Shown here: one piece after another, positions 40,550 through 53,518 of the stretch | How the letters are laid out: each line of letters starts with the position of its first letter | Numbering within the stretch: position 1 is the stretch's first letter | Source of the DNA: Eledone cirrhosa | Lineage: Eukaryota | Assembly (NCBI GenBank): GCA_964016885.1 | Contig: OZ024743.1 | Location: forward strand, 252,712,001-252,776,000 | DNA: 64,000 bases | Direction: 5' to 3' | Made by a program: the position numbers and the translations under genes | The notes under the pieces: model-generated | The model's input: the letters and a program-made list of their open reading frames with translations, nothing else | Told to the model about the DNA's origin: nothing | Database searches by the model: none

Positions 40550-42082
40550 TTAATTAAGTTTATAATATTTAAAGGTTTTTCTCAGTTTATGATTACACGA
40601 TATTATTAATTCCTGTCGCTTATTTAATAGGATATCCTTAGATTTCATTATTACGAAAAGTTCTTGGGAACACAATCTACATTCATATCTATTATTTTGA
40701 TAAGGGGTGGCCCTTTTGAGCACACTCCAGGTCAGGTCATAATCTATATTCCTCTTTCTATAATTATTAATTATTTCAGCTAAAGATGTTGTATTAGCTA
40801 ATGCGGCATTTTTAAAACTGTGTTTGTGGGTATTAAATCTTACTTTAAATTGGTTAGAGGTAGCCCCTATATATGAATAAATTGAGTCCTTAGTGTTAAC
40901 TTTACATTTATATACTATGTTATTAACAAGGCAATTTCCTTTTAATGGACAATTTGCTTTGTTTCTACAGTTACAACTTTTCGTGAATCCTGTATCAGAG
41001 GAGATATTATGGTTAGTTTGATGTACTGGTGGTATACTCATGTTTTTTTTTACATTTATATGCATTATAGGCACTTATATTTTGTTTTATGTTTTTGGTT
41101 GTTGAGTAGGAGAATTTAACCGTTGATATATTTAAAATTTGATGGTATTTGTGGTTTGGCGGGAAGTTCTTTCTAAGATAGTAAAACATTTTTTAGGTAT
41201 ATTATCTTTAATTTGTAAATTAAATGGAGCATTATACCAAGTAACTAGTCTATTACGGTTTCGATGTTGTTTATTATTTTTATAGGATGTATCCTGATGT
41301 TTATTAAGAGAATTATTGTTAATGACTTCACCACAAACATTTTTAGTTAGATTCATTGATTTAGGTGTTTTAGCTTGTTTATTAGGAGTTTTATTATTAA
41401 CATTTATTAGAGTAGTAGGATGAATAGTTTTTTGAGAGTTACTATATTGTATATTAGAAGAGTTAGAGAAATTTAGTTTTATGTTGGTATTTTTGGGTAT
41501 AGTGTGGGTGGCATTTAGGTGTGTATGTTTCATTTGGTGTTTGTTGGTAATATTAGGTTGTATGTTTGTAGTGTTATTGGCACAAGGTATATATACTAAT
41601 TTATTTTTGTGGCCACTTCTATCTAAAGCTTCGTTATAAAAGGTCACATTTTTATCAAATACATCTTGGTTAGACGAAAGGTTAGAAATTCTGAGTGAGA
41701 TATTATATGCTAGGTTTTTAAGGATCGATTTAGGGTGATTAGATTGTGAGTGTATGTAATGTAAGTTTTGGTTAGGTTTATGGTAAGGTTGGTAGATACC
41801 CGTAGATAAGTCTAATGTTATATCAAGGAAATTAACTACTTTACTTGTGTTTTCAAATGTAATATCTAGACTATAATAGTCTTTGAGGAAAGTTCTAAGT
41901 TTTTTATTTTTTTCAATCTCTGAAAGGTTAAGGTTATTGGAAAGAAGAAGACAGTCGTCACGATATAAACCACCTTTAAGGTGGGGAAAGGAAGCATTTA
42001 TGTTAAAAAGAAGAAAGAGGCCCACAGGATCAGTAATTTTGGCAGAATCACTTGAGCCCATAGTAATGTCGAATAGATTACT
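40550..42082 (-). pseudogene. Frameshifted RT C-terminal half and GIY-YIG
   Basis: MGSSDSA, GLYRDD, NFLDITLDL, SNHP, CNCRNKANCPLKGNC, IVYKC..YIGAT, CRLC and SCNHK motifs. Confidence 0.92.
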
Positions 42083-42590
42083 TAGATATTTACAATGGCA
42101 TCATTCTTTTATAACAGCAATTTTTCGTGTACCTTTTACCGACCTGACCTATTTTCACCCCTAAAATAACCTTTTCATTCATCATACTCCTTCCATTCAA
42201 AACTGAAATCTGCCTTCTTCTACCCCTAAATTAAAGTTCCATTACTACTATTATACCATTTGGCCAGTTATTACCTTTCTACTGGTCAATTCAAAACCTG
42301 TTCCCAAACAGACCTACTATATTAAATCTTTGTTGGTTTTATTCAATGAACAAATATAATTATTTCTGAAGACAGCATATGACCTATTTTCATCCCTAAA
42401 ATAATCTTTCATTCATAATATTCTTTCCATCCAAACTGAAATCTACCTTCCTCTGCCCCTAAATTAAGGCTCTATTACTACTATTCTACCATCTTGACCT
42501 TCACTATCTTTCTATTGGTCAATTCAAAATCTGTTCCCAAACAGACCTATTGTATTAAATCTTTGTTGGGTTTTTTTCAATAAACAAATA

Positions 42591-42728
42591 TCATTATTTC
42601 TGAAGACAGCATATATATGTGTAGGTATGTATATTCCTTCTGATAGTTTGTAAACATTTTACATAGATCTATATAATATGCATACCAACACTAACATATA
42701 TATCCTAGAAACGATCGTAAAATGATGA
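42591..42728 (+). ncRNA. Hammerhead motif with ~100-nt helix II region (inverted copy at 39286-39420)
   Basis: TCATTATTT CTGAAGA [~100 nt structured] GAAA CGATCG TA AAATGATGA. Confidence 0.75.
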
Positions 42729-42980
42729 ATTTTTTAATATAAGGAATTGTTTCTTTGTTTATTCATTATTTTTATTAATTTATATATATATATATATATA
42801 TATAGTAATAATAATAAATTTGAAGACTAATATCCAAAGAGGGCTCGATAAGGATAAATATATATAAAATATATATGAACCGTAGACCAAATATTTTCAG
42901 AAGATCCCATTAAGAGTGAAAGCAGCGATTCTTTGCTTAAACTTTAATCAGTTATTTTAATATATATATATAAACATCAT

Positions 42981-43290
42981 GGGGAGAAACATAATTTTGG
43001 TATGCTTATATACTTTTTTTCTTGTAACTTTGATTTTATACCTCATTGTGTATGGTTGACGATATATTTAATCGATTTGCACGTGCTATTAGAAATTCTG
43101 GGTAAATATTCTATAGCTGTTGATCGCGGATAGATAGCTGTCGTTTATTTATCTATTATTTCTTGATAGGTGCCTTTTAATCTTATAGCCTTGTTTAATT
43201 GGTTTTTTGTGGGGTCGATTATGCTGATTGGGAGAGGAAATAATGTATATATTTTATCAAATGATTCTATGGATATACTTTATTGTATAT
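42981..43290 (+). mobile_element. Diverged single arm of the 45729-46663 element family
   Basis: Colinear with 46357-46663. Confidence 0.75.
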
Positions 43291-43574
43291 ATATATATAT
43301 ATTTATATAACTAACAAATCGTTTTATCGCTCTACATGGCTGAATACAGGAAATATATAATCTAAGGTTCTCGAATATTAATAATAATATTCGACTTGTT
43401 TGCAATTATGCAAATAGCCGCTTTCTCAAGCCATGTGAGTAGAACGAGCCATCGTTCTTGCTCTTGTGTTAGCATATAAACAGAACGGCAGACACTAATG
43501 TTTCTGAATGATTACCCTTCAGCAGTACTGTATACTGTTTACCTGCAAACTGTCATAGCTAGTGAAAATATATG

Positions 43575-45710
43575 ATATTTCTAAAACCATATTTATTTTA
43601 TTATATATATTTCAAGGGTACCAAGACAACATTGGTACGCTTTCATCAGATAAAATACAAAGTTTGTTTTATAAATAGAGGCATACCCATGAAAATCATA
43701 CCTTATCCGTTGGAAATTCACTGGATAGTGGAAATATATCAGGGATTATTCAAACTTATGTGTGAATATGCAAATGAATATGTAAATCATTGAAAAACAA
43801 CCGTTTATTTAAACGACACCGGAGAAAGAGAGATAGAAGATATAAGGGGAGAAAGATGAAAAATAGTACGAGATAGAGAGAGAAGAAATAAACAAGAGAG
43901 GATGAATAAAACTGATATAACGTTAATTTGGGGGAAATATATTCTAAGTATATATCTTAATAGTACGTGTATTTACGATTATTAGTTGTTTAAAATTCGT
44001 TTATAATATATTCTCTGTTATAAGTAGATACATAAATAAATAAATAAATAGATGGGTATATCATGTTATAGATGTTTAAATGAGTTATGAGGGATATTGG
44101 TGTTGTATTTAATGTAAGTAAATATTAAGTAAAATTAAATTAAATTAACTGAGTTAATAAGAATATTTATATTTATGTATTTTAAAATGGGAAGAAGTGT
44201 TTAGATAAGGACGTGATCTATAAATGTACAGTTAAAACCAGTGATATATTTAACTATGTAGGTAAAAGTTGCTGGAATAATCACAAATGCTCTTTCCGAA
44301 GATTTGATAAAAAATCTTCAACTTCTCTTTCAAACCTGATATGGAACTTAAATTGCAAGAATATGGACTATTCATTAACTTGGGAAATAGTTTCATAAGC
44401 ACCCACGTACCGAAACACAGCTTTATCTAGATTCTGCAAATCGGGCGTTGAAGAAATTTTTTTCATACTTAAATGTAAGAACGCTATTAATCTAAGAACG
44501 AATTTATTTAATTCTTGTAGACATCGCCTGGATTCAACATTCAGAACTATATATAAATTATAATTATACTTATACTATTTCTACTTATTTCCATAAAAAT
44601 CTTATCCACTTGGTTTTAATATATTGATATCTCTAAATCATAATATCTATAACATTTGCTATAATTCCACTTCTTAAAGTTTCATAAAATATATACATAT
44701 ATAATTCTAATTTTTTTTAAATTTAAATTTAAATTTTAATTGTAATTTTAATCTTAATAATTTTTAATTCTTTATTTTTATTTCTTTAATTTTTATTTCT
44801 TTTAAAAATTGCTTATCTCTTATAAATTATTTTTAAAAAAATGTTCTCAAAATTTTAATATCTTTCAATATTTTTTATTAGATTTATAACCACTGGTTAA
44901 ATATATCTTTCAACATTTATACTTGTTTTGACTAAATATCTCATACTAATGAATAAATAAATTAAACTGGTGTTTTTCCGTATCTTCCCATTTTAAAATA
45001 TATAAATATAAATATTCAGTTAATTTAATTTAATTTAATTTAACTTAATATTTACTTACATTAAATACAAAACCAATATCCCTCATAACTCATTAAAACA
45101 ATTTTTATAACATGATATACCCATCTATTTATTTATTTATCTACTTATAACAGAAAATATATTATAAACGAATTTTAAACAACTAATAATCGTAAATACA
45201 CGTACTATTAAGATATATACTTAGAATATATTTCCCCCTATTTAACGTTATATGAGTTTTATTTCTCATCTCTTGTTTATTTCTTCTCTCTCTCACTCGT
45301 ACTATTTTTTCTTTCTCCCCTTATATATTCTCTCTCTCTCTCTTTCTCCAGTGTCGTTAAAATAAACGGTTGTGTTTCAATTATTTACATATTCATTTGC
45401 ATATTCACACATACGTTTGAATAATCCCTCATATATTTCCACTATCCAGTGAATTTCCAACCGATAAGGTATGATTTTTATGGGTATGTCTCTATTTATA
45501 AAACAAACTTTGTATTTTATTTGATGAAAGTGTACCAATGTTGTCTTGGCATCCTTGAAATATATATAATAAAATAAATATGGTTTTATAAATATAGTTT
45601 CCATTTATTTAATCTCATTGAATATTTACTCCAGTAATCTGTTCAGTGGTCTAAATCAGTTATAATCATTTATATTTGTCGGACTTCCAACAAATTAAAT
45701 ACCCCTTCTA
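43575..45710 (+). mobile_element. 5'-truncated Naiad-like PLE with inverted pLTR (related to 15133-17531)
   Basis: 43575-44196 is inverted relative to ~44983-45596. A GIY-YIG remnant (VIYKCTV...NYVG...NNHKCSF...TSLSNLIW...SCRHR) lies at 44195-44560. HHRs are at 43594-43657 (-, intact CTGATGA) and 45513-45576 (+). Confidence 0.88.
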
Positions 45711-45728
45711 TATATATATATATATATA

Positions 45729-46663
45729 TACTATAAAGTATGTCCATAGAATCATTTGATAATATATATACACCATTTCCTCTCCCAATTAGCATAATTA
45801 ACGACACAAAAATCAATTAAACTAGGCTATAAGATTAAAAGGCACCTATGAAGAAATAGTAGATAAATAAACGACAGCAATCTATTCGAGACCAACCTCT
45901 ATAGAATATTTACCCAACATTTCAATAGCACGTGGAAATCGATTAAATATACCGTCAACCATACACAATTAGGTATACAATTAAAGTTAGAAGAAAAAAT
46001 GCATATACACATACCAGGATTACGTTTCTACCCTTAGGATTTCGTTCGCTTTTGGAAATACCCTGTTAAGCGTAAAATCTCGAGCTTCGAACTCATCACG
46101 AAACAAACTCATTTGGACCAAGAATATTCTTAAGTGATCCACGTCAGAAACGAATTCAAAATGGCGAAGAATGTGATTGGTCGCTTACGGCGAGTGGGCT
46201 GGTTGCTAGAAAGCGCAGCCCAATATTGCCAAAATTGCATCTCAACCTTATGGGGGATTATTAAATATAATTGTCCAAATGAGTTTGTTTCCTGATGAGT
46301 TCGAAGTTCTAGATTTTATCCTTAATAGGATATTTCCAAAAGCGAACGAACCCTAAGGGTAGAAGCGTAATCCTGGTGTGTGTATATGCATTTTTTCTTC
46401 TAACTTTAATTTTATACCTAATTGTGTATGGTTGACCTTATATTTAATCGATTTCCACGTGCTATTGAAATGTTGGGTAAATATTCTGTAGCGGTTGGTC
46501 GCGAATAGATTGCTGTCGTTTATTTATCTACTATTTCTTCATAGGTGCCTTTTAATCTTATAACCTGGTTTAATTGATTTTTTGTGTGGTTAATTATGCT
46601 AATTGGGAGAGGAAATGGTGTATATATATTATCAAATGATTCTATGAACATACTTTATAGTAT
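45729..46663. mobile_element. Non-coding fold-back element: ~390-bp inverted arms, ~150-bp spacer, HHR in each arm
   Basis: 45729-46120 is inverted relative to 46271-46663. The consensus GTTTC CTGATGA GTTCG[39 nt]CGAAC GAAA CCC TAA GGG TA GAAAC comes from 46024-46104 (-) and 46287-46366 (+). Confidence 0.8.
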
Positions 46664-46766
46664 ATTGCTCTGATTATTTAATTTACTAATTCATCATTGA
46701 GCCACATCCTGTATGGTTGCCAAAACATATATATCTGTGACTTTGTCTAGTTTGTGTATATGTAAA

Positions 46767-46862
<96 letters not shown>

Positions 46863-46864
46863 CA

Positions 46865-47765
46865 CGAGGTGTGTCAGAAAAGTTCCAGGACTGATGTTAC
46901 AAAAGATTTATTTCAAACCCAAACTTCACACTAAGAGTTTTCTCCTTCAAAGTAATCCCCCTGGAGTATGTAACTGTAATCTTAGTTCTCTGCAGCGATC
47001 AATCTTTTTTCTTCATAATTTTATATACATGGCCTCTGTTTCAGGTCGTCAAGCATTGAGCACAGAGCAACGAACAAACTTGAAGTTTCTGGTACGAAAT
47101 CTCCGGGGAAAACTCCGGGGAAAACTCCGTCAGAAGCACTGAGATTGCTGCAGCAAGTGTATGGAGATGAGACTATGTCACGCTCACGTGTTTTTGACTG
47201 GTGCAAGATGACCCCAGGAGCGGAAGGACCTCAACAACCAGGACTGAGGTCAACGTTGAGCGCGTCAGGCAGATGGTGCGTAGCGATCGTCGGCTGACTG
47301 TTCAACTGATGGCAAATGAGCTGGGCATGAATCGAGACGGCATCTGGAAGATTCTCACTGAAGATTTAGACATGCGGAAAGTCTGCGCGAAGATGGTGCC
47401 AAAACTGCTGAACGATGAACAGAAGGGACGACGCATGCAAGTGTGCCAGGACATCCTCGAGCGTCTTGAAACCAAACCAGACTTGCTAAGGACAGTCATC
47501 ACCGGTGATGAGTCATGGATTTACGATTACGACCCGGAGGAGACCCGTTTTGAAGAGGTGGACGATATCAAAAAGGCCGCGACGACGGAACTGCTGAGGA
47601 TGCCGGAAGAATCCTTCCAGGAGTGCATGCAAGCGTGGCAGAAAAGGATGGAAAAGTGCATTAGACTCCAGGGGTATTACTTTGAAGGAGAAAACTCTTA
47701 ATGTGAAATTTAGATTTGAAATAAATCTTTTGTGACATCAGTCCTGGAACTTTTCTGACACGCCT

Positions 47766-47767
<2 letters not shown>
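46865..47767 (+). mobile_element. Internally deleted mariner DNA transposon
   Basis: ~50-bp TIRs (CGAGGTGTGTCAGAAAAGTTCCAGGACTGATGT...), TA at the right end. The transposase remnant has DDPRSGR, DRRLTV, KVCAKMVPKLL and TGDESWI; the rest of the catalytic domain is deleted. Confidence 0.95.
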
Positions 47768-47818
<51 letters not shown>

Positions 47819-47830
47819 TATATATATATG

Positions 47831-48019
47831 TTTATCCCAGGTTCAATCGGCGGTAACTACAGTAAGTAATGTACTCAATACATAGCAGTGTATAAATATT
47901 TAATATAGAAATGGCTTTTGCAAGACTAGAACTGTTTCATTCGAGAGAAATCATGAGGAAGCCCTGATGATTTCACCCGAATAAAACAGTTCTAGTCCTA
48001 TAGAAACCATTTCTATATT
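47831..48019. mobile_element. ~190-bp non-coding head-to-head HHR element
   Basis: Arms fold about AGGAAGCCCT. The family consensus is GGCTTC CTGATGA TTTCTCCCGAAT GAAA CAG TTCTAGTC CTG TA GAAGCC. It is embedded in (TA)n. Confidence 0.75.
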
Positions 48020-48118
48020 GTATATATATATATATATAGCAAAAGAATGAATAATAATATGGTCGGCTGTACAATAGGGTTTATTTACAGTATTAACAAT
48101 TGTTTCCTTATATATATA

Positions 48119-48350
48119 TACTAGCTGAGGTACCCAGCATTACTAGGGTTTAAGTAATACAATTATTTGTGCAGAAATAACACTTGATAAAGCTCTCGAT
48201 TGAATTAAGTCTTATAGGAAAACACGGTCATCGTCGGTGATGTCCACACCACGGCCAATTGGTTAATGCGACCCGAGAGGCCTTCTATCCATCCTGCAAG
48301 ATGTTCCATTTGGTTAAATATATGCATGTTAACAGCAAAGATGATACAGC
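48119..48350 (-). mobile_element. Possible Helitron 3' end
   Basis: The minus strand ends in CTAG|T, with an imperfect hairpin (ACCCTAGTAATGCTGGGT) about 10 nt upstream. Confidence 0.35.
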
Positions 48351-48619
48351 CTAGGGTGGGTAGGTAATTCTTAAATATCCTTACGGCCTGCGTGTCAACT
48401 GTGGCCTGCTGAAGATTTCTATACGATACGCAAAAGGTTCCGCCCGGTATACATTTTTGGTAAATACTCCCGCATTACCCAACCAGAGCCCATAAATCAC
48501 ATTTGTCTCAGTAAAATTCGGTCCGTGGAGGGCAAATTCAATTGTTATCCATCCCATTGATGTACAGCCCTCTGTCCTACTGGAGAAAACCATCCACTGC
48601 ACATAAGTGGTGTATCTAT

Positions 48620-50075
48620 GGTGTTTGAAAAAAGCATTTGCGACATTCGGGACTGGCGATTTAAAATCACCCTACAAACGTCCCTAACCCGAGTCAATTT
48701 CCTGGACGTTACACTCAACTTCGAAAGTGAGCTCTACTACCCATACAGGAAACCAAACGACAATCTACACTACATCCACCGCCGCTCTAACCATCCTAGA
48801 AACATCACCAATAACCTGGTTAAAATCATCTCCCTTCGCATATCTGGTTTGTCTGCTAATGAGCAGATATTCGATGAACATGTGCCTTATTACAACCAGG
48901 CCCTCAAGTGAAGCTGCTTTCGGGAGGAAATCTCCTTTTACACAGGCTCTCCTAGCAGAACCAGCTGGCGACGCCGCCACTGACGCCACGTAACGTGGTT
49001 CAACCCTCCCCCACAATGCCGAGCCTGCAACACCAATCGGGAAAATCTTCTTTAGACTCCTCGAAAAACACTTCCCACCACAACATAATCAACAAAAACA
49101 CTATCAAACTCTCCTACAGCACCACACCCAACTTCGCACAAAACAATACCTTCTCAAACAACAAGAAACTCAACTCCTACGGAAGAAACAACCTAAGAAT
49201 TAGTGGAGAGCCGACTAGGAGGTGTAACTGTCCTGATAGATATATGTGCCCCGTCAACAACAGATGCCGAGAACGTAACGTGATCTACCAATGCAATGTG
49301 AGGACGGAACACTCCAACAAAGCTTATATAGGATTGACCACCTGTGACTTTAAGATCCAGCTCTACCAACACCGTCATACGTTCAGAAACCTGGATCGGC
49401 GACATGCCACTACACTTTCGGGCCACATCTGGGACCTCCAAGATAATAAGATCACATACCATCTTACTTGGAGCTTATTTTCCAGTGCTAACTCCTACAT
49501 GGGAGGACGCCGTCAGTGTAACTTATGCTCAGAGGAAATAATACAAATGCTGTTTACGAAGAACCAACTCCAAAACAAAAAAGACGAACTGAATTCTATA
49601 TAATATGAAAACGCAATACCAGCTAAAAATATAGCAGCTGTTTTAGACACTAGTTTTTTTAATTAATTTTAATTTTTTAAGTTTATAATTTCCCATTTTC
49701 AGATTCCTGTAGAATTCTTTTTTGCCTGCTTTCTAGCTAGCCTAATCCACCTACATTCCTTAGAATTTTCTGTATAGAACGTACTTTCAACGCTTGACCG
49801 GCTTCACACACTCCCTCATTGTTCTACAGGCAAGTTCAGCCACCCCTGAGCCCCTACCCACCGCCATGACAGATTTAACTGTTTACAAGAAACTTCGACC
49901 AATCCTTTTGATAACTACAACCTTCAGAAATGCATGATTATCGCATGCCCATATATGGAATTACACCTTGAAACGTTCAGCTATTTATTACCACGCTAAA
50001 AATCTAATTTAGTCTAGAAATAGCAGGCAAAACGGCTTGAGCACTGCCGTCGGGTTCCTGAACCTTTTTCTATAT
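48620..50075 (+). mobile_element. 5'-truncated Naiad-like PLE (third family)
   Basis: VNFLDVTLN, YPYRKPN, SNHP, IKLSYS, CNCPDRYMCPVNNRC, VIYQC..YIGLT and CNLCSEE motifs. It ends with a degenerate HHR 3' half and then (TA)n. Confidence 0.9.
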
Positions 50076-50676
50076 AAATAAATAAATATATATATATATA
50101 TATAAAATATTAAAAAATAATGAATAAAACAATGAAACAGTTCCTTATATTAAACAAAAAAAGTTCATTATTTAACGATCGTTTCTAGGATATATATGTG
50201 TTAGAATTGGCATGTATATTCAACAGATCTATGTACAAAATTATACAAAATTATACAAACTATCAAGATTAAATATACATACCAAACACACATATATGCC
50301 GTCTTCAGAAATAATGAAATATATTTATTGATAATAACAACAATTCAAAATTTCAGGTCCGTTTGGGAACGGAGTTCAAATTGACCAATGAAAATACAAA
50401 AAATGTTATGCAGTTTGGTGTGTGTATATACATGCAATTAAATTCGTACACATATTTATACAAAGATATATGCTCATATGCATACGCATGCCAAAAAGAT
50501 GTATGCAAATACAAAAATTCAAGGCTAATATCTCTGTAAGTTTATAATCCACAGATAAAATGCGTATAGACACATAAATATGAAATAAAAGTATACACAT
50601 ATTCACATACTCACACATATCCGTACACTCACAGACACGCGCGCATATGCATAAACATACACATAACTACGAACAT

Positions 50677-50708
<32 letters not shown>

Positions 50709-51547
50709 GTGGATATAGTATTATCATAAGCATATGGATATTAATGCACGCTCATAAACACTGCAACACACATTTAGATCAAGATACAGAAATTAGGTGG
50801 GAGGGGGGAGAGGTCAGTATTCAACGGTTTCGGCAGACTGCTTATTTATAGATGTATCTATAAATTTAGAAATAAAAAGAAAAGTATATACATCTACACA
50901 TACAACACACACACACATATATAAACATATACATATATATATACACACATACACACATACATATATATATATACACACATATATACACATATATACACAC
51001 ACACATATATACACACACATATATATATACACATATATACACACACATATATATATATACATATATATACGTCTACACATACAACACACACACACACACA
51101 TATATAAACATATACATATAAATATACACACATACACACATACATATATATATATACACACATATATACACATATATACACACACACATATATACACACA
51201 CATATATATATATACACGCACATATACATATACATACATACTTATATACATACAGACATACACATACATACATATATATACACACATATATACATACAGA
51301 CATTCATACATACATACACACACACACACATACATACACACACATACATACTCATACATAGATATAGATATATATTCACACACACATACGCACTTACATA
51401 TATGCATATATACAAATACATACGCATCCATATATCCGTATATACATACAAACACCACTACACTCTCACACAACTCAGACATACAAAGAAAAAGGTATAT
51501 ACATATACACATATACACATATAAATAGAGATTTCACATACACATAC

Positions 51548-51598
<51 letters not shown>

Positions 51599-52610
51599 TA
51601 CATATATATACATATATGTACACACACATACACACACATACATACACATATACACACATACATATATAGTCACACGCACACACACACCTACACATACATA
51701 CACATACACATATATAAAGATATATATACACACATACACACACACACATATATAATAAATATATATATATATATACATATATATATACATACATATACAC
51801 ATATACATACATACATACACATACATACATACATATACACACATATATATACACACATACACATATACATACATACACACACACATACATACACACACAT
51901 ACATACTCATACATAGACATAGATATACATTCACACACACATACGCACTTACATATACGCATATATACAAATACATAGGCATCCATATATGCGTATATAC
52001 ATACAAACACCACTACACTCTCACACAACTCAGACATACGAAGAAAAAGGTATATACATATACATATATACACACATAAAAAGAGATACATATACACATA
52101 TATATATATATACATACATATATATATATATATATACCTACACACACATACAACCATAAACACACATACAAACACATACATACACACATATATACATATA
52201 TATACACACACACAAAAACACACATACACATATATATCTACATATATATATATACACATACACACCTTCACATATATATATATACACATAAGTTATATTA
52301 TAATAATAAATAATATATATATATACACATACAAATATATATATATACATAGACATACACATATATATACATATACATACACACTCACATATATATGTGT
52401 GCGCACACGTACATATATACACACATACACACATATACACATAAACATATACATGTGCATACATGTACATACACACATATATCCACATAGATACGAAGAT
52501 ACACATACATATAGAGAGACATACATATACATACACATATATACACACACATACATACACACATATATATACACACACACATACACGCCCACACACACAT
52601 ATACATATAT

Positions 52611-52647
<37 letters not shown>

Positions 52648-52663
52648 TACACATATATATACA

Positions 52664-52711
<48 letters not shown>

Positions 52712-53014
52712 ACCATACATCCTTATTTGCATGCGCATATATGTATTTTTATACTCAGATATAAACACCCAAACATATATACACCTACCTACATATATAT
52801 TCATACATACATACATATATATTCATACATATATCCTTTTGGCATGCGTATGCATATGAGCATATATCTTTGTATAAATATGTGTACGAATTTAATTGCA
52901 TGTATATACACACACCAAACTGCATAACATTTTTTGTATTTTCATTGGTCAATTTGAACTCCGTTCCCAAACGGACCTGAAATTTTGAATTGTTGTTATT
53001 ATCAATAAATATAT

Positions 53015-53169
53015 TTCATTATTTCTGAAGACGGCATATATGTGTGTTTGGTATGTATATTTAATCTTGATAGTTTGTATAATTTTGTATAATTTTGTAC
53101 ATAGATCTGTTGAATATACATGCCAATTCTAACACATATATATCCTAGAAACGATCGTTAAATAATGAA
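53015..53169 (+). ncRNA. Hammerhead motif with 116-nt helix II region (identical copies at 59484-59638 plus and 50164-50318 minus)
   Basis: TTCATTATTT CTGAAGA [116 nt] GAAA CGATCG TT AAATAATGAA. Helix I is a perfect 10 bp and helix III is the palindrome ACGATCGT. Confidence 0.8.
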
Positions 53170-53518
53170 CTTTTTTTGTTTAATATAAGGAACTGTTTCA
53201 TTGTTTTATTCATTATTTTTTAATATTTTATCTTGACTCTGTATTCCGTTTATCTTTCACCGAAAGTGATTTTTCATTGCATCTCTTCTTTCCATGATAT
53301 CCGGACTACATTGAGTTCTCCATACGGATTGGACACTACCGTAAACTCTTGGTAGATTTATCTACATAATTTTGCTCCTATTTTCACGGAAATATTCGTA
53401 TTTTTGTACTGTATGTGTGTATTAATTTTATATTTATGTATATACATATATATGTATGATTTTGTAAACCCATATACATTTAGTTGAGCTCTTTCAATTG
53501 TCCACCATCCATATCACA

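Larger units (their letters stand above)
39097..42783 (-). mobile_element. 5'-truncated Naiad-like PLE with inverted pLTR, sister subfamily of the 50102-59836 element
   Basis: Minus ORFs 41132-42061 and 40550-41074 are highly similar to the 53498/55161 ORFs. 42081-42783 is the reverse complement of 39230-40111. The pLTR has a ~235-bp internal tandem duplication, and the flanks are microsatellite. Confidence 0.93.
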
